Assembly (NCBI GenBank): GCA_965217775.1
Contig: CBDCJH010000002.1
Span: 3,840,001 to 3,904,000 of the forward strand
Direction: 5' to 3'
Source: Acidobacteriota bacterium
GTDB taxonomy: Bacteria; Acidobacteriota; UBA6911; RPQK01; JAJDTT01
DNA: 64,000 nucleotides
A program made the translations under genes and the position numbers. Under the pieces are notes generated by a model. That model made no database searches. It had not been told where the DNA came from and saw only the letters and a list, made by a program, of their open reading frames with translations. Below, piece after piece: positions 20,222 to 30,018 of the stretch (positions within the stretch are counted from its first letter, which is position 1; every line of letters starts with the position of its first letter).

Positions 20222-21505
20222 TCAGCGCCGCGAACTGTCCTTTTGCTGGAACTGCTTCAAAAGACGTTTAGCTACAGTCGAATAGATAGCGATGTTGTGA
20301 TCCCGCATCCGCGGAGCCTCAAAACCGCCGGCCGTCTCCATTGGCGTTCTCAGGTCCCGATGTACCGGCATATGACAGTCGATACAGTTGCCTTCGATGG
20401 TATCCCCCAAGGTTGCTACCATCCCACAGACCTGGGGCTGGTGGCAGGTCATGCAACGTCGAGAAAACAGTTGCCGGTTCCCCCGCTCCAGGTGGTGCGG
20501 ATCATGGCAACTCATACAGGTCATTGATCCACTCTCCTGAAAACATCGGGAGCGGCGAAGACGATCGGGTTGATTGGTGGTGTGCACGCCTCCGCTGTTC
20601 CTGGCCCGAAGGCTCTCCACGGCAATGAACGCTTCAGGTCCCTGGCCGGGTCTGAAGGAAAAGGGACCGTTGCGTGGGACCAGGTGACCCGAGTGACACT
20701 GGGCGCAGAGTGTCATCCGGAGTTGCCGGTCGAGTTTTCCGGGATGGACGATATCGGCAGTTGCGCCGGAGTCGGATCTTTCCAACCGGTTTTTCGAATG
20801 AAGACCTCCCGGACCATGACAGCTCTCGCAGGTGACTCCCAGCAAGTAATGGTCCTGGCGATAGACATTGCTCAGATAGGGCCGCATAGGGTCTTCTTCG
20901 CTGACGACCTCAAAGAAGGTGGCATGGCATTCGAGGCAACGCGGATTAACCGGGCGATCGAAATACGCCTGACCATCCGGATAGCCGGGGCTGTTGATCC
21001 AACGCTTCGCCTGAGTGAAATAGGAAACCGGCAACTGGAAGAGTTCGCTGCCTCGCCAGTAGAGATAAGTCTGGCCCATTTTCCCCGATCCGACGACGAT
21101 GTCCATGCGCTCGGTCCGCGGGACAATTCGACCTTTTTCCCGGGACCAGGCGGTTTGAAAGAAGCCGTCTTCCAATGCGCGCATCTCGAACCAGAGATCG
21201 GGATTGCGGGTGCGAAGCAAATTTTGATCGGACGCAAAACTGCCGCGTATGGAGTTCGCTTGAGGAAGCTGGGAGGTGAGGTAGTGGGAGGTTTGGCGAA
21301 AGCTTTCAAAGACGGCTTGATGACATTTCCCACAGGTCGAGGCGCCGACATAAGAAGAGCGATTGTTGCCCGAAGGCGCCGGCACGGAAGAGGCTGGTTG
21401 TTCCGGCGGGAGCAGCGGTGGGCCGGCAACCGGTTGAACCAAGAGGAGCGGAACCAGAATCCGGATCAAAGAGCCGGTATGGGGACAACCCACCTTATCC
21501 CCCAA
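20222..21505 (-). CDS. Multiheme cytochrome c (7 CxxCH)
   Basis: CGKCH, CLECH, CESCH, CAQCH, CMSCH, CMTCH, CIDCH; N-terminal signal-like segment. Confidence 0.9.
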   Translation of the reverse strand: MGDKVGCPHTGSLIRILVPLLLVQPVAGPPLLPPEQPASSVPAPSGNNRSSYVGASTCGKCHQAVFESFRQTSHYLTSQLPQANSIRGSFASDQNLLRTRNPDLWFEMRALEDGFFQTAWSREKGRIVPRTERMDIVVGSGKMGQTYLYWRGSELFQLPVSYFTQAKRWINSPGYPDGQAYFDRPVNPRCLECHATFFEVVSEEDPMRPYLSNVYRQDHYLLGVTCESCHGPGGLHSKNRLERSDSGATADIVHPGKLDRQLRMTLCAQCHSGHLVPRNGPFSFRPGQGPEAFIAVESLRARNSGGVHTTNQPDRLRRSRCFQESGSMTCMSCHDPHHLERGNRQLFSRRCMTCHQPQVCGMVATLGDTIEGNCIDCHMPVHRDLRTPMETAGGFEAPRMRDHNIAIYSTVAKRLLKQFQQKDSSRR

Positions 21506-21643
21506 CTCTCCAAAAATGGGAATGATGACTTGGTTCCCAACAGAACTGGTTGGGAGTCACCAAAGTACGCCTGTCGGACGATCCGGTCGTGGACCGCTAC
21601 AAAAGCCCAAGTCGGGTCTGGGACGATCAATTCGAGAGGGACT

Positions 21644-21688
21644 TGCTCAGTCCCGCCACCTCGTTTTAACAGGCGGCGAGACTGAGCA
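21644..21688 (-). terminator. Stem-loop downstream of the TonB receptor (terminator or mRNA-stability hairpin)
   Basis: TGCTCAGTC-CCGCC...GGCGG-CGA-GACTGAGCA inverted repeat 12 nt after the stop codon; no U-tract. Confidence 0.45.
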
Positions 21689-21700
21689 GGTGGTTGATTG

Positions 21701-24700
21701 TCAGAAATAGAACTGCAGTCCCAACTGAGTTTGGCGTCCAAATTGAGCGCTTGTGATGCGATTGGTCGTGCAGGGAGCAGCGGCCGGACAGATGCTTGTA
21801 CTCGGATCGTTGAAGTTGGCGCGGTTCAGGAAATTGAAGAAATCGGCCGTAAAACGAAGCCGCTTACCCTCCATGATAACGAAGTCCTTCATCAGGGAGA
21901 AATCAACGGTCTGCGATCCAGGACCTTCCACGATTCCGACACCGGCATTGCCAAAGACGAAGGGCCCGGGATGAACGAATGCATTGATGTCCCACCAGGC
22001 TTCGATCGTCTGCGGACCCTTGCCGTTACGGACCCGGGTGGCGCGTGAATTTCCCCCGAATGAACCCGTCAAGTTGGGCGATGCGTAGAAGTTCAGAGGA
22101 ACTCCCGATTGGCCAATAAAGGCGAATGAGGTGTTCCAACCCCCTAGTATTTTAGCTATGGGTCCATCAGCGAGAAACGTACGATTTACTCCGAAGGGCA
22201 ACTCGTAAGTACCCGCCACCACGAAACGCAGCCGTCTCGAGAGCCAAGCCGGCCCCCTGGCGGCAGCTCGGTCGTAGACGTTGTGTCGCCCTTCACGATT
22301 GCCCAGGTGTTTTGACCAGGTGAAGTTGGTGAGAAATGCCAAGCCGCCTCCGAACCTCTTTTGCGCCTTGAGCACCATGGCATGATAAGTCATGGTCTTG
22401 TCGGGTACCGAGATCTGGTTTACAGCGCTGTATTGCGGATAGGGGCGGTCGGCCTGGGTGGCATTCGGCCCCATCAATTGAGGCCGAAGCTGGTTCAAAT
22501 TGTAGCTCCACTCACCCAGGTGCCTGGTCAGGTTGCCGATGTAGCCGGCTTCGAGCACGATGTCGTTGATTTCGTGCTGGAGGGTGAAACTCATAGAGAT
22601 GCTGTAGGGGTTCTGACGCAACTCGGGACAGCACAGGTATTCGGCGCCCAGAATGGCCGGCTGCCCAATCTCAACCGCTCCGAATCCGGGTTGCAGCTCG
22701 AACACCGGTATCGCTCCCACACCGGCCGAAAGACCGCTGATCGCCGGAGTGACTCCAAAGTCGGGGCTTCCCAAGTCCTTGCTGACTGTCACATCGCCGC
22801 GGCCCGTCCGGGGAGTTTGCCAGGGGTTCATGCCGATCATGGGCTGCATGTAGTAAATGCCGGCCCCGGCCCGCACCACTGTCTTGCCGCCCCCGGGATT
22901 CCAGGCGACTCCCAGGCGCGGGGCAACGTTGGTTTTTTGCGTCTCATAGTACTTGTCGGGGTAAAAGAAGGCGCCCGGGCAGTTACAAACGGGGTTGATC
23001 GCATTGAGGTCGAAAGAGCTTATGAGGTTATTTCGCTCCCTTAACGGCGTGTCGAAGTCATAGCGCAGCCCCAGGTTCACGATCACGTTGGGACTGACCC
23101 GCCAGTCGTCCTGCACGAACATCCCCCAGTACCAAGTGCTGAAATTTCGTTGGGCAACATTGGAAATGCTGGCGGCGTCCACCCAATCCAGCAGCAGAGA
23201 GGCTACTGAATCCCCGCTGGCGGCGTCAAAAGGATGGGCGGCTGTGGCGTTGGCAGAGAAATTATATCGTCCGGAGGAATTGCTGGCTTGGAAATACGCG
23301 TGACCGGAACGTCTCGTCTCGATGCCGACCTTGAATGAATGGGCGCCCTTCAGCCAGGTAGCGGTCTCGCCAAAGTGCAGCCCGCGTCGTGGATTGATCG
23401 CAGCGCCACCGCCCCAGCCGGCGCCGGGTCCGTTGTAGCCGGGTATGCCGATAAAGGGAAAGTGGTTGTTGCCGCCGTAGGTCGTCGTGGCCGGGACTTC
23501 AGGAGGAACCGTGATTCCTACCTCTTGCGGGAAACCCAGACCCTGGGAAAGAGGCCTTGCCCATTGCGACAACTCGTTGTAGGACTGGCGAAAGTCAGAG
23601 ATCACCGAGGGACTGAAGGTATGCGTCCAACCGGCCGCCTGGTTGAGCTGGTCGAACCTCATAACCCAGTCATCCGGGTCGGCCGGATTCCGTTCGGCGC
23701 GCTTGGCAATGGCGTCGTCGGGAAGCCGGCTCGTGTCGAAGCCGGAGGGTGGAGTCCAGGGTCCAATCGATTCACTGACGGATGGATCGGAAATAAAGCG
23801 AGCAAAGATCTTGTCGTTGTCATCGACTTGCCAGTCGACACGGGCGGTCCATCCCCACAAGGCCAAGGGGTTGGCTGTCAGCCCCACGTAGTTGTTGCTT
23901 CCGGAAGGGTCATCAGGGGCCCGGTTCCCTAACGGAAGATAGGACAGAATCGCCTGTGCCTGGCGGCTGATGCGGTCGGCCGGGATGATGTTGTTCGGAA
24001 AAGGAGTTCGGCTGATCGTTCCGTCCGGATTTTCAACCGTGGTGAGCGGATCATAAATGGTTCGCAAACTCCCGTCAGAGTTGAACTTGCCCGAAAAATC
24101 CCCCCGCCTCTGGGCCTCCGTGGGGAAGGTGTGAAACCTGGAGCCGGTTGGAGTAAAGGAGCGCTTTCCCGAACCACTGACCATGAAGTGGAGTTTGTCT
24201 TTGACGATCGGTCCGTCCACTTCGAACCCGTAAAGATGTTCCCGGAAAGGGTCCCGTCTGGCAGCGAAGAAATTGCGAGCGTCCAACGCTTTCTGACGGT
24301 GAAACTCCCACACGGAACCGTGGAAACTGTTGGTTCCCGACTTGGTGGACATGATCACCAGGCCGCCACCCCCTCCGTTGTACTCGGCCTTGAAGCTGTT
24401 TTGCACGATCCGCATTTCCTTGACAGTGGCTGTTCTGGGACTGGTGTCCGGGTTGCTGTCGTAGGCGCGGCCGCTCATGCCGTAGGCTCCGTCGACATAG
24501 ATTTCCCCAGCTTGGTAGGGAGCTCCGTTCATGCTGTAATAAGTCGACTGGCCGGGTATCAGATTCCAGGTTCCGCGATAGGAAACAGCCGCTGCATACT
24601 TGATCATGTCGAGAGGCCGTTTTAATACTTGGGGCAGATCCTCGATCATTTTCTCTTCGAAAAAAGTGCTGACCTTTGCCGATTCCCTCTCCAGGGTCAC

Positions 24701-25072
24701 GCCCAGCGCCTCCACCGTGACCTGGTCGGAGATTTCACCAATTTCCAGGGCGATGTCCACGGTGGTGATCTTCATCGTTTCCAACGTCGCTTCCACGACC
24801 GTGGTTTTGAAGCCGTCCAACTGGGCACTAATTCGATAGGCCCCCGGATTCAGCTCGAAGACGCGGTATAGCCCCGTGTCGGTCGTGATGGACGTCTTGT
24901 TAACGCCGGACTCGGCGCTGGTGACGGTGACGGTGACGCCGGGCAGAACTGCGCCCGTGGCGTCCGTGACCGTCCCTGAGACTTCGGCGAAACGCTGTGC
25001 CCAGGCAACCGAAGAAAGCAGCGAGAAAGAGAGTAGAAAAACAACAACCGTTTTAGACTTCATGGCCCTCAC
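21701..25072 (-). CDS. Oar-type TonB-dependent receptor with N-terminal carboxypeptidase-regulatory-like domain
   Basis: GTVTDATGAVLPGVTVT, KSGTNSFHG, FVQDDWRV..NLGLRYD, FFNFLN, C-terminal Phe (LQFYF). Confidence 0.95.
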   Translation of the reverse strand: MRAMKSKTVVVFLLSFSLLSSVAWAQRFAEVSGTVTDATGAVLPGVTVTVTSAESGVNKTSITTDTGLYRVFELNPGAYRISAQLDGFKTTVVEATLETMKITTVDIALEIGEISDQVTVEALGVTLERESAKVSTFFEEKMIEDLPQVLKRPLDMIKYAAAVSYRGTWNLIPGQSTYYSMNGAPYQAGEIYVDGAYGMSGRAYDSNPDTSPRTATVKEMRIVQNSFKAEYNGGGGGLVIMSTKSGTNSFHGSVWEFHRQKALDARNFFAARRDPFREHLYGFEVDGPIVKDKLHFMVSGSGKRSFTPTGSRFHTFPTEAQRRGDFSGKFNSDGSLRTIYDPLTTVENPDGTISRTPFPNNIIPADRISRQAQAILSYLPLGNRAPDDPSGSNNYVGLTANPLALWGWTARVDWQVDDNDKIFARFISDPSVSESIGPWTPPSGFDTSRLPDDAIAKRAERNPADPDDWVMRFDQLNQAAGWTHTFSPSVISDFRQSYNELSQWARPLSQGLGFPQEVGITVPPEVPATTTYGGNNHFPFIGIPGYNGPGAGWGGGAAINPRRGLHFGETATWLKGAHSFKVGIETRRSGHAYFQASNSSGRYNFSANATAAHPFDAASGDSVASLLLDWVDAASISNVAQRNFSTWYWGMFVQDDWRVSPNVIVNLGLRYDFDTPLRERNNLISSFDLNAINPVCNCPGAFFYPDKYYETQKTNVAPRLGVAWNPGGGKTVVRAGAGIYYMQPMIGMNPWQTPRTGRGDVTVSKDLGSPDFGVTPAISGLSAGVGAIPVFELQPGFGAVEIGQPAILGAEYLCCPELRQNPYSISMSFTLQHEINDIVLEAGYIGNLTRHLGEWSYNLNQLRPQLMGPNATQADRPYPQYSAVNQISVPDKTMTYHAMVLKAQKRFGGGLAFLTNFTWSKHLGNREGRHNVYDRAAARGPAWLSRRLRFVVAGTYELPFGVNRTFLADGPIAKILGGWNTSFAFIGQSGVPLNFYASPNLTGSFGGNSRATRVRNGKGPQTIEAWWDINAFVHPGPFVFGNAGVGIVEGPGSQTVDFSLMKDFVIMEGKRLRFTADFFNFLNRANFNDPSTSICPAAAPCTTNRITSAQFGRQTQLGLQFYF

Positions 25073-25629
25073 TTCTGTTAATAAAAATCGATCGAAGGAT
25101 TAAGGTAGGAGCAGAAAACCCGGCTCAACCAACCGGGGAGAGAATAAATTTCTTCGGCCGTCAAAGACCTCATCCAACCCTCTCAAAAACAAAAAGCGGA
25201 ACCGAGGTGTTCTCGTCCGCTACGGGTGCTCGGAATTCGGCCTTCACCGCGGGCCATGACGCAACTCAGTTGGTATCGGCTGGGCAAAGTCAGTCGCCAG
25301 GATTCCGAGTCCTGCGGACGATCCATCGGTCCAAAGCACGCACGTAGCACTGGGATGCAGGGGCGTTCAAAGCTTGTCTAGCAAGAGCGGGAGAGGAAGT
25401 CAACCCCCCCCGAAATAAAACAAAAATTCCGATTGCATCTTCCCGGGTCAGGAAACTTGCCGGGGGCGGGCGAGTCGGAGGGGTGTCATTTAGGGGGACA
25501 ACTCCAGTCTTTGGTTCAATTAACGGACTCTTTCGAGAGGCGCAAGAACCGTCAACGTGGTTCCTTGACCGACTACTCAACGGTTGAGACTCCTTGGTTC
25601 TTCCGATAGCCAAACCTTATACTGGGTCA

Positions 25630-27009
25630 ATGAGGCGAGTTCCATTCTCGCTATTTGTGGGCGCGCCCGGTTGGTTGATTCTGCTCTCTCTCGCCCTGGC
25701 CCAGCCGGTCTGGAAACAGCGTGCACTTGAACTGCTTGAACGGGGTCGGGTGCAGGAAGCGCGCACGCTGCTGCTGGAAAGGTTGGGGCGGGAGGCCGAG
25801 GACGAAGAGGCCCAGGCTCTGCTGGGACAAATCGCCTTCAACCTGAAAGCTTACCGGGAAGCAATTCTACGCTTTTCCAAAGCTCCCTCGGTGCTGCAGG
25901 CAAACCCTTTGTGGCTGGTCAACTATGCCGAGGCGTTGCTCGAAACCAGACAGGTCGGGGCAGCCAAACGTGTCCTGGAAAGCGTAGCGGAGGACCACGC
26001 TATTGCCCAGTTCGAGACGGGTCTCCTGCTGGCGCGTTTCGGTGAGTATGCCGCGGGCGAACGCCACTTGGAGCTTGCCCAAGTGGGCTATCCCGACAAA
26101 TCCGCGGCGGCCTATAACTTGGCGTTTGTACAATATCTTCTGGGTAAACACACTGACTGTGCCAATACCCTGGAGAACGTTCCGCAACGATACAAGACCG
26201 GTGATGATTTCAACCTGCTGGCACTAGCCTATTTGGAGCTCGAAGAATTCCAGAAAGCTTGGCGGATCTTGCAGCAGGCAACTCGAGACTATCCAGGCGA
26301 CGAACGCAATTACGTGGCGATCGCCCGGCTGGCGACAGAGGCGGCCATGTCACCGTCGGTGGCCCTGGATTTCCTGGATCGGGGGTTGGCTCATCTGCCG
26401 GATTCCCACGTCTTGCACATCCAACGTGGCTACTTGAAGCTTTCCCAGGGTCGCTACCGCGAAGCGGCATCCGACTACGAAAAGGCAATTCAGCTACAGC
26501 CGAATTCGGAGCTGGCCAGACTGGGACTGGCGTTCGTGTTGGTGGAATCTCAGCAACATGATGAGGCAACAGTTCTTCTTGAGCAGACACTACGGGAAGA
26601 CCCGACAAATTTCTATGCCCACTACCTGCTGGGAGACATCGCGATGACTCAAGGGTCTCGTCCGGGTACACCGGCAGAAGCAAGAAGTCTAAAACATTTA
26701 CAGCAAGCGACGGCCTTGAGGCCCGACTTCGTTCTTGCCCGCATCAGCCTGGGAAAACTCTATTTGAAACGAAACGACCTGGACTCAGCCATCCGGGAGC
26801 TGGAGACATCGATCCGGCTCGATCCCCAGGCAACTACGGCCTATTATCAATTGTCGATCGCCTATCGAAAAGCCGGGGAAAAGGAAAAAGCTCTCGAGGC
26901 TCTCCAACAGGTACGACGCCTCAATCGGGAGGAACGCAAGCTGGGAACCGACCGATTCCTTTATCGCAAGCTCAAGAGAGGGGCGACCCAACTCTACACA
27001 CCCCGTTAG
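25630..27009 (+). CDS. Secreted tetratricopeptide repeat protein
   Basis: Signal peptide, TPR repeats, paralog of 18586..20028. Confidence 0.9.
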   Translation: MRRVPFSLFVGAPGWLILLSLALAQPVWKQRALELLERGRVQEARTLLLERLGREAEDEEAQALLGQIAFNLKAYREAILRFSKAPSVLQANPLWLVNYAEALLETRQVGAAKRVLESVAEDHAIAQFETGLLLARFGEYAAGERHLELAQVGYPDKSAAAYNLAFVQYLLGKHTDCANTLENVPQRYKTGDDFNLLALAYLELEEFQKAWRILQQATRDYPGDERNYVAIARLATEAAMSPSVALDFLDRGLAHLPDSHVLHIQRGYLKLSQGRYREAASDYEKAIQLQPNSELARLGLAFVLVESQQHDEATVLLEQTLREDPTNFYAHYLLGDIAMTQGSRPGTPAEARSLKHLQQATALRPDFVLARISLGKLYLKRNDLDSAIRELETSIRLDPQATTAYYQLSIAYRKAGEKEKALEALQQVRRLNREERKLGTDRFLYRKLKRGATQLYTPR

Positions 27010-27017
27010 GTGAAAAG

Positions 27018-28001
27018 ATGAAGCTGAGGTATTCTCGCGTGGTTTTGACGGTGCTGGTGCTGAGTGTGTTCTCCAACCTTTTGATAGCACAGGCGGCAGC
27101 ACGGGAACACCAACAAACACCTCAGCAGCCAGCTCAAGACGAGCAAGAACCCGTGGCGCCTGTCCGTGTCGTCGGAGAGGCCGGAGAGAAAGCAGAGTTC
27201 GATGCTTGGCAAGAGATGGAACGATCCGGGAGCCTTTCGGAAAAGGCCGAATTGGCCACGAGGTTTCTGGAGAGCTTTCCGAACAGTGGGCTGACGGCCT
27301 TTGCCCATCACGTCTTGGCGGACGCCGCTTATCAGGTGAATGATGTCGGCAACTTTATCCTGCACGCCGAAAAAGCCTTGCTTGAGTTGCCCGAAATACC
27401 TCAGTTGCTGGCCCCACTAGCTTACCTCTATTCCGAAAGACGCCAAGCGGCCAAGGCGAGCGAGTACGCCGATCGAGCCCTGCTGTTGTTGGAGAAACTG
27501 GAAAAACCCGGCAAAATGACATCCTCCGAATGGGTCAAGCAAAGGCAGGGATTGCAGGCCGACTCCCACTTTGCTTTGGGTCGCGCCCACTTGGAGCTTT
27601 GGCAGCAATCGGTCGGTTCACCCCAGGAACTTCGACAGGCGGTAGAGCACTTCAGCAAGACACTGGAATTGGATCCTGAGCATGCTTATGCTGCCTTTCG
27701 ACTGGGCTTTGCCCAGGGAAACTCTCGCAATCCGAAGGCTGCGGTGGCTGCCTATGCCCGAGCCTCCATTCTGGATTCTCCGGCTTCCGAGCGCTCCAAA
27801 ACTTATTTGGAGCGAATACATTCGATCATGCAAAAGGCCCGCGGTTACGAATGGGCCGAGAAGAGCATTGAGGAAATCCTCGAAGAGGAACGAGGACGCC
27901 TGGCGGCGGAACAGGCTGAAAAGGAGCAGGAACTGGCTCGTCTGGCGGAAGAGATCGACAATTTGGTACAGGAAGGCGTAGATTTACGTCCGGACCATTA
28001 A
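27018..28001 (+). CDS. Secreted TPR-like protein
   Basis: Signal peptide, FLESFPNS motif, TPR-like helices, coiled-coil tail. Confidence 0.85.
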   Translation: MKLRYSRVVLTVLVLSVFSNLLIAQAAAREHQQTPQQPAQDEQEPVAPVRVVGEAGEKAEFDAWQEMERSGSLSEKAELATRFLESFPNSGLTAFAHHVLADAAYQVNDVGNFILHAEKALLELPEIPQLLAPLAYLYSERRQAAKASEYADRALLLLEKLEKPGKMTSSEWVKQRQGLQADSHFALGRAHLELWQQSVGSPQELRQAVEHFSKTLELDPEHAYAAFRLGFAQGNSRNPKAAVAAYARASILDSPASERSKTYLERIHSIMQKARGYEWAEKSIEEILEEERGRLAAEQAEKEQELARLAEEIDNLVQEGVDLRPDH

Positions 28002-28020
28002 CCAATAGGAGATTCCAACA

Positions 28021-28908
28021 ATGAACGTCAAGGTGGGTAGCTGCCCGGATTCCTGGGGCGTGTGGTTTGGGGAAGATCCAAGACAAATCCCCTGGCGGAG
28101 GTTTCTCGACGAGGTGGCGGAGGCCGGCTATGAGTGGATCGAACTGGGCCCGTACGGTTATTTTCCGCAAGATCTCAAGGTCTTGCGCCGGCAATTGAGC
28201 CGACGTAATTTGAAGGTCTCGGGCACTTTTCTGATGGCTCATCTGGAAGACCCGGAAGCATGGCCGGGGTTGGAGTCACAGCTCTTGGGAGTAGGAGAGT
28301 TGCTGGCGGGACTGGGAGCGCAATTTCTGGTCTTGATCGATGACCTGCACACCGATTGGTTTACCGGCAAACGAATCAAGCCCGAACGATTGGATGAGGA
28401 TGCGTGGAAGCGCCTGATCGACGCCACCCACAGGGCGGCCATCATCGTGCGGGAAAAATTCGATCTGCAGTTGGTTTATCATTCCAGCCCCGATTCCCAC
28501 GTTGCCTTTGAAGATCAGATTGAGAAGTTACTGGAAGATACTGACCCCGAGGTGGTCTCCCTGGGTCAGGATATTGGTCATTTAGCCTACCGCGGGGTGG
28601 ATCCGGTCGCCTTCGTGCGCCGGCATCACGAGAGGATTCCTTACCTTCATCTCAAGAGTGTGGACCCGAAACTTCGCCAGCAAGTGGTGGCTGAGGAAAT
28701 AGCGTTTATTCATGCTGTCGCCATGGGCATGTTCTGTGAACTCTCAAAGGGATTGGTGGATTACATTGCCTTTCGAGATTTGTTGCAGGAAATCGACTAT
28801 GACGGATGGGCAATTGTTGAACAAGACATGTATCCTGTGGCGTTCGACAAACCATTGCCAATCGCCAAACGAAACCGGGAATACTTGAGATCGATAGGAA
28901 TCGGATAG
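28021..28908 (+). CDS. IolE-like inosose dehydratase / sugar phosphate isomerase
   Basis: PDSWGVWF, ELGPYGY, DIGH, YLHLK, VEQDMYP. Confidence 0.85.
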   Translation: MNVKVGSCPDSWGVWFGEDPRQIPWRRFLDEVAEAGYEWIELGPYGYFPQDLKVLRRQLSRRNLKVSGTFLMAHLEDPEAWPGLESQLLGVGELLAGLGAQFLVLIDDLHTDWFTGKRIKPERLDEDAWKRLIDATHRAAIIVREKFDLQLVYHSSPDSHVAFEDQIEKLLEDTDPEVVSLGQDIGHLAYRGVDPVAFVRRHHERIPYLHLKSVDPKLRQQVVAEEIAFIHAVAMGMFCELSKGLVDYIAFRDLLQEIDYDGWAIVEQDMYPVAFDKPLPIAKRNREYLRSIGIG

Positions 28909-29023
28909 TGGTTGAATAAATTTTGACCATCCCAACGCTTGTTTCGAAACGGTTAAGCGGTAAATCAAGCGTTAGTTGTCAATCGGCGCAACAGCTTTCA
29001 AGCAATCCAAGAAAGGGGTGTTG

Positions 29024-29803
29024 ATGGAGAACGCCAACAGGTTCAGGGCCAAGCTGGAGAGTGGGCAGATCCCGCTTGGCTGCGGAGTGACCTTTTCGGA
29101 TCCCACCGTGACCGAGTTGATCTCTCATACACTCGATTTTGCCTTCATCGACATGGAGCACAATGCCCATTCCCTGGAAACGGTTCAGGGTCACATCATG
29201 GCGACAAAGGGTAGCGACGCCGCGGCGTTGGTGCGTGTTGCATGGAATGACGCCGTCTTGATCAAGCCGGTGTTGGACATTGGGGCAGACGGAATTGTGG
29301 TCCCGCTCGTCCGCTCGGTCCAAGACGTTGAGCTTGCCGTCTCGGCATGCTTGTATCCTCCGGAGGGAGAGCGGGGATTCGGTCCGCGGCGTCCGATTCG
29401 ATACGGTCGCATCGGGGACGCAGAGTACTGCCGGCGAGCCAACCGGGAAATCGTTTGTATAGTGCAAATCGAGCACATAGACGCTGTCAACGTCATCGAC
29501 GAAATGGTTCGCGTGCCGGGACTCACAGCGATCATGATAGGTGTCAACGATTTGGCCGGGTCAATGGGACATATGGGAAATCCTCAACACGCGGAGGTGC
29601 AGACCGCCGTTGAAACCGTCGTGACCACGGCACATCAAGCCGGCGTCTTTCCCGGTATCGGTCTGGCCGATGATCCTGAAGCGCTTATGGAGTGGACGGA
29701 AAAGGGAATCCAATGGGTGCTCATGGGCGTGGATTGGGCGCATTTGGCGCGTGCGATCGACACCTCGGCCGCCCGCCTGAGAGGGCATGCCAGTCAAAGG
29801 TAA
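29024..29803 (+). CDS. HpcH/HpaI aldolase family protein
   Basis: IDMEH, LDIGADG, YPPEGERGFG, QIE, IGVNDL. Confidence 0.92.
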   Translation: MENANRFRAKLESGQIPLGCGVTFSDPTVTELISHTLDFAFIDMEHNAHSLETVQGHIMATKGSDAAALVRVAWNDAVLIKPVLDIGADGIVVPLVRSVQDVELAVSACLYPPEGERGFGPRRPIRYGRIGDAEYCRRANREIVCIVQIEHIDAVNVIDEMVRVPGLTAIMIGVNDLAGSMGHMGNPQHAEVQTAVETVVTTAHQAGVFPGIGLADDPEALMEWTEKGIQWVLMGVDWAHLARAIDTSAARLRGHASQR

Positions 29804-29855
29804 CGGTATAGAGCCAAGAGGGCTTTTCCTGGGGCCTTGGCAGCCTATGAGCTAA

Positions 29856-30013
29856 CAGCCCGTGGCAAAAGTCGCCACGGCATCCGACCGTCCCTGCATC
29901 CCGGCGGACTGCGTTGCGATTCGATCACATACTCCCGGTATGCTCCCGAATCGCGCCTTGTCCGGCGGGCGCAGGAACGGTCTCGGTGCTCGCGGGACTT
30001 TCACCACGGACTG
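29856..30013 (-). mobile_element. 158-bp MITE, full copy 3
   Basis: Complete TIRs; CTAA duplicated at 29852-29855 and 30014-30017; between convergent genes. Confidence 0.93.
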
Positions 30014-30018
30014 CTAAG

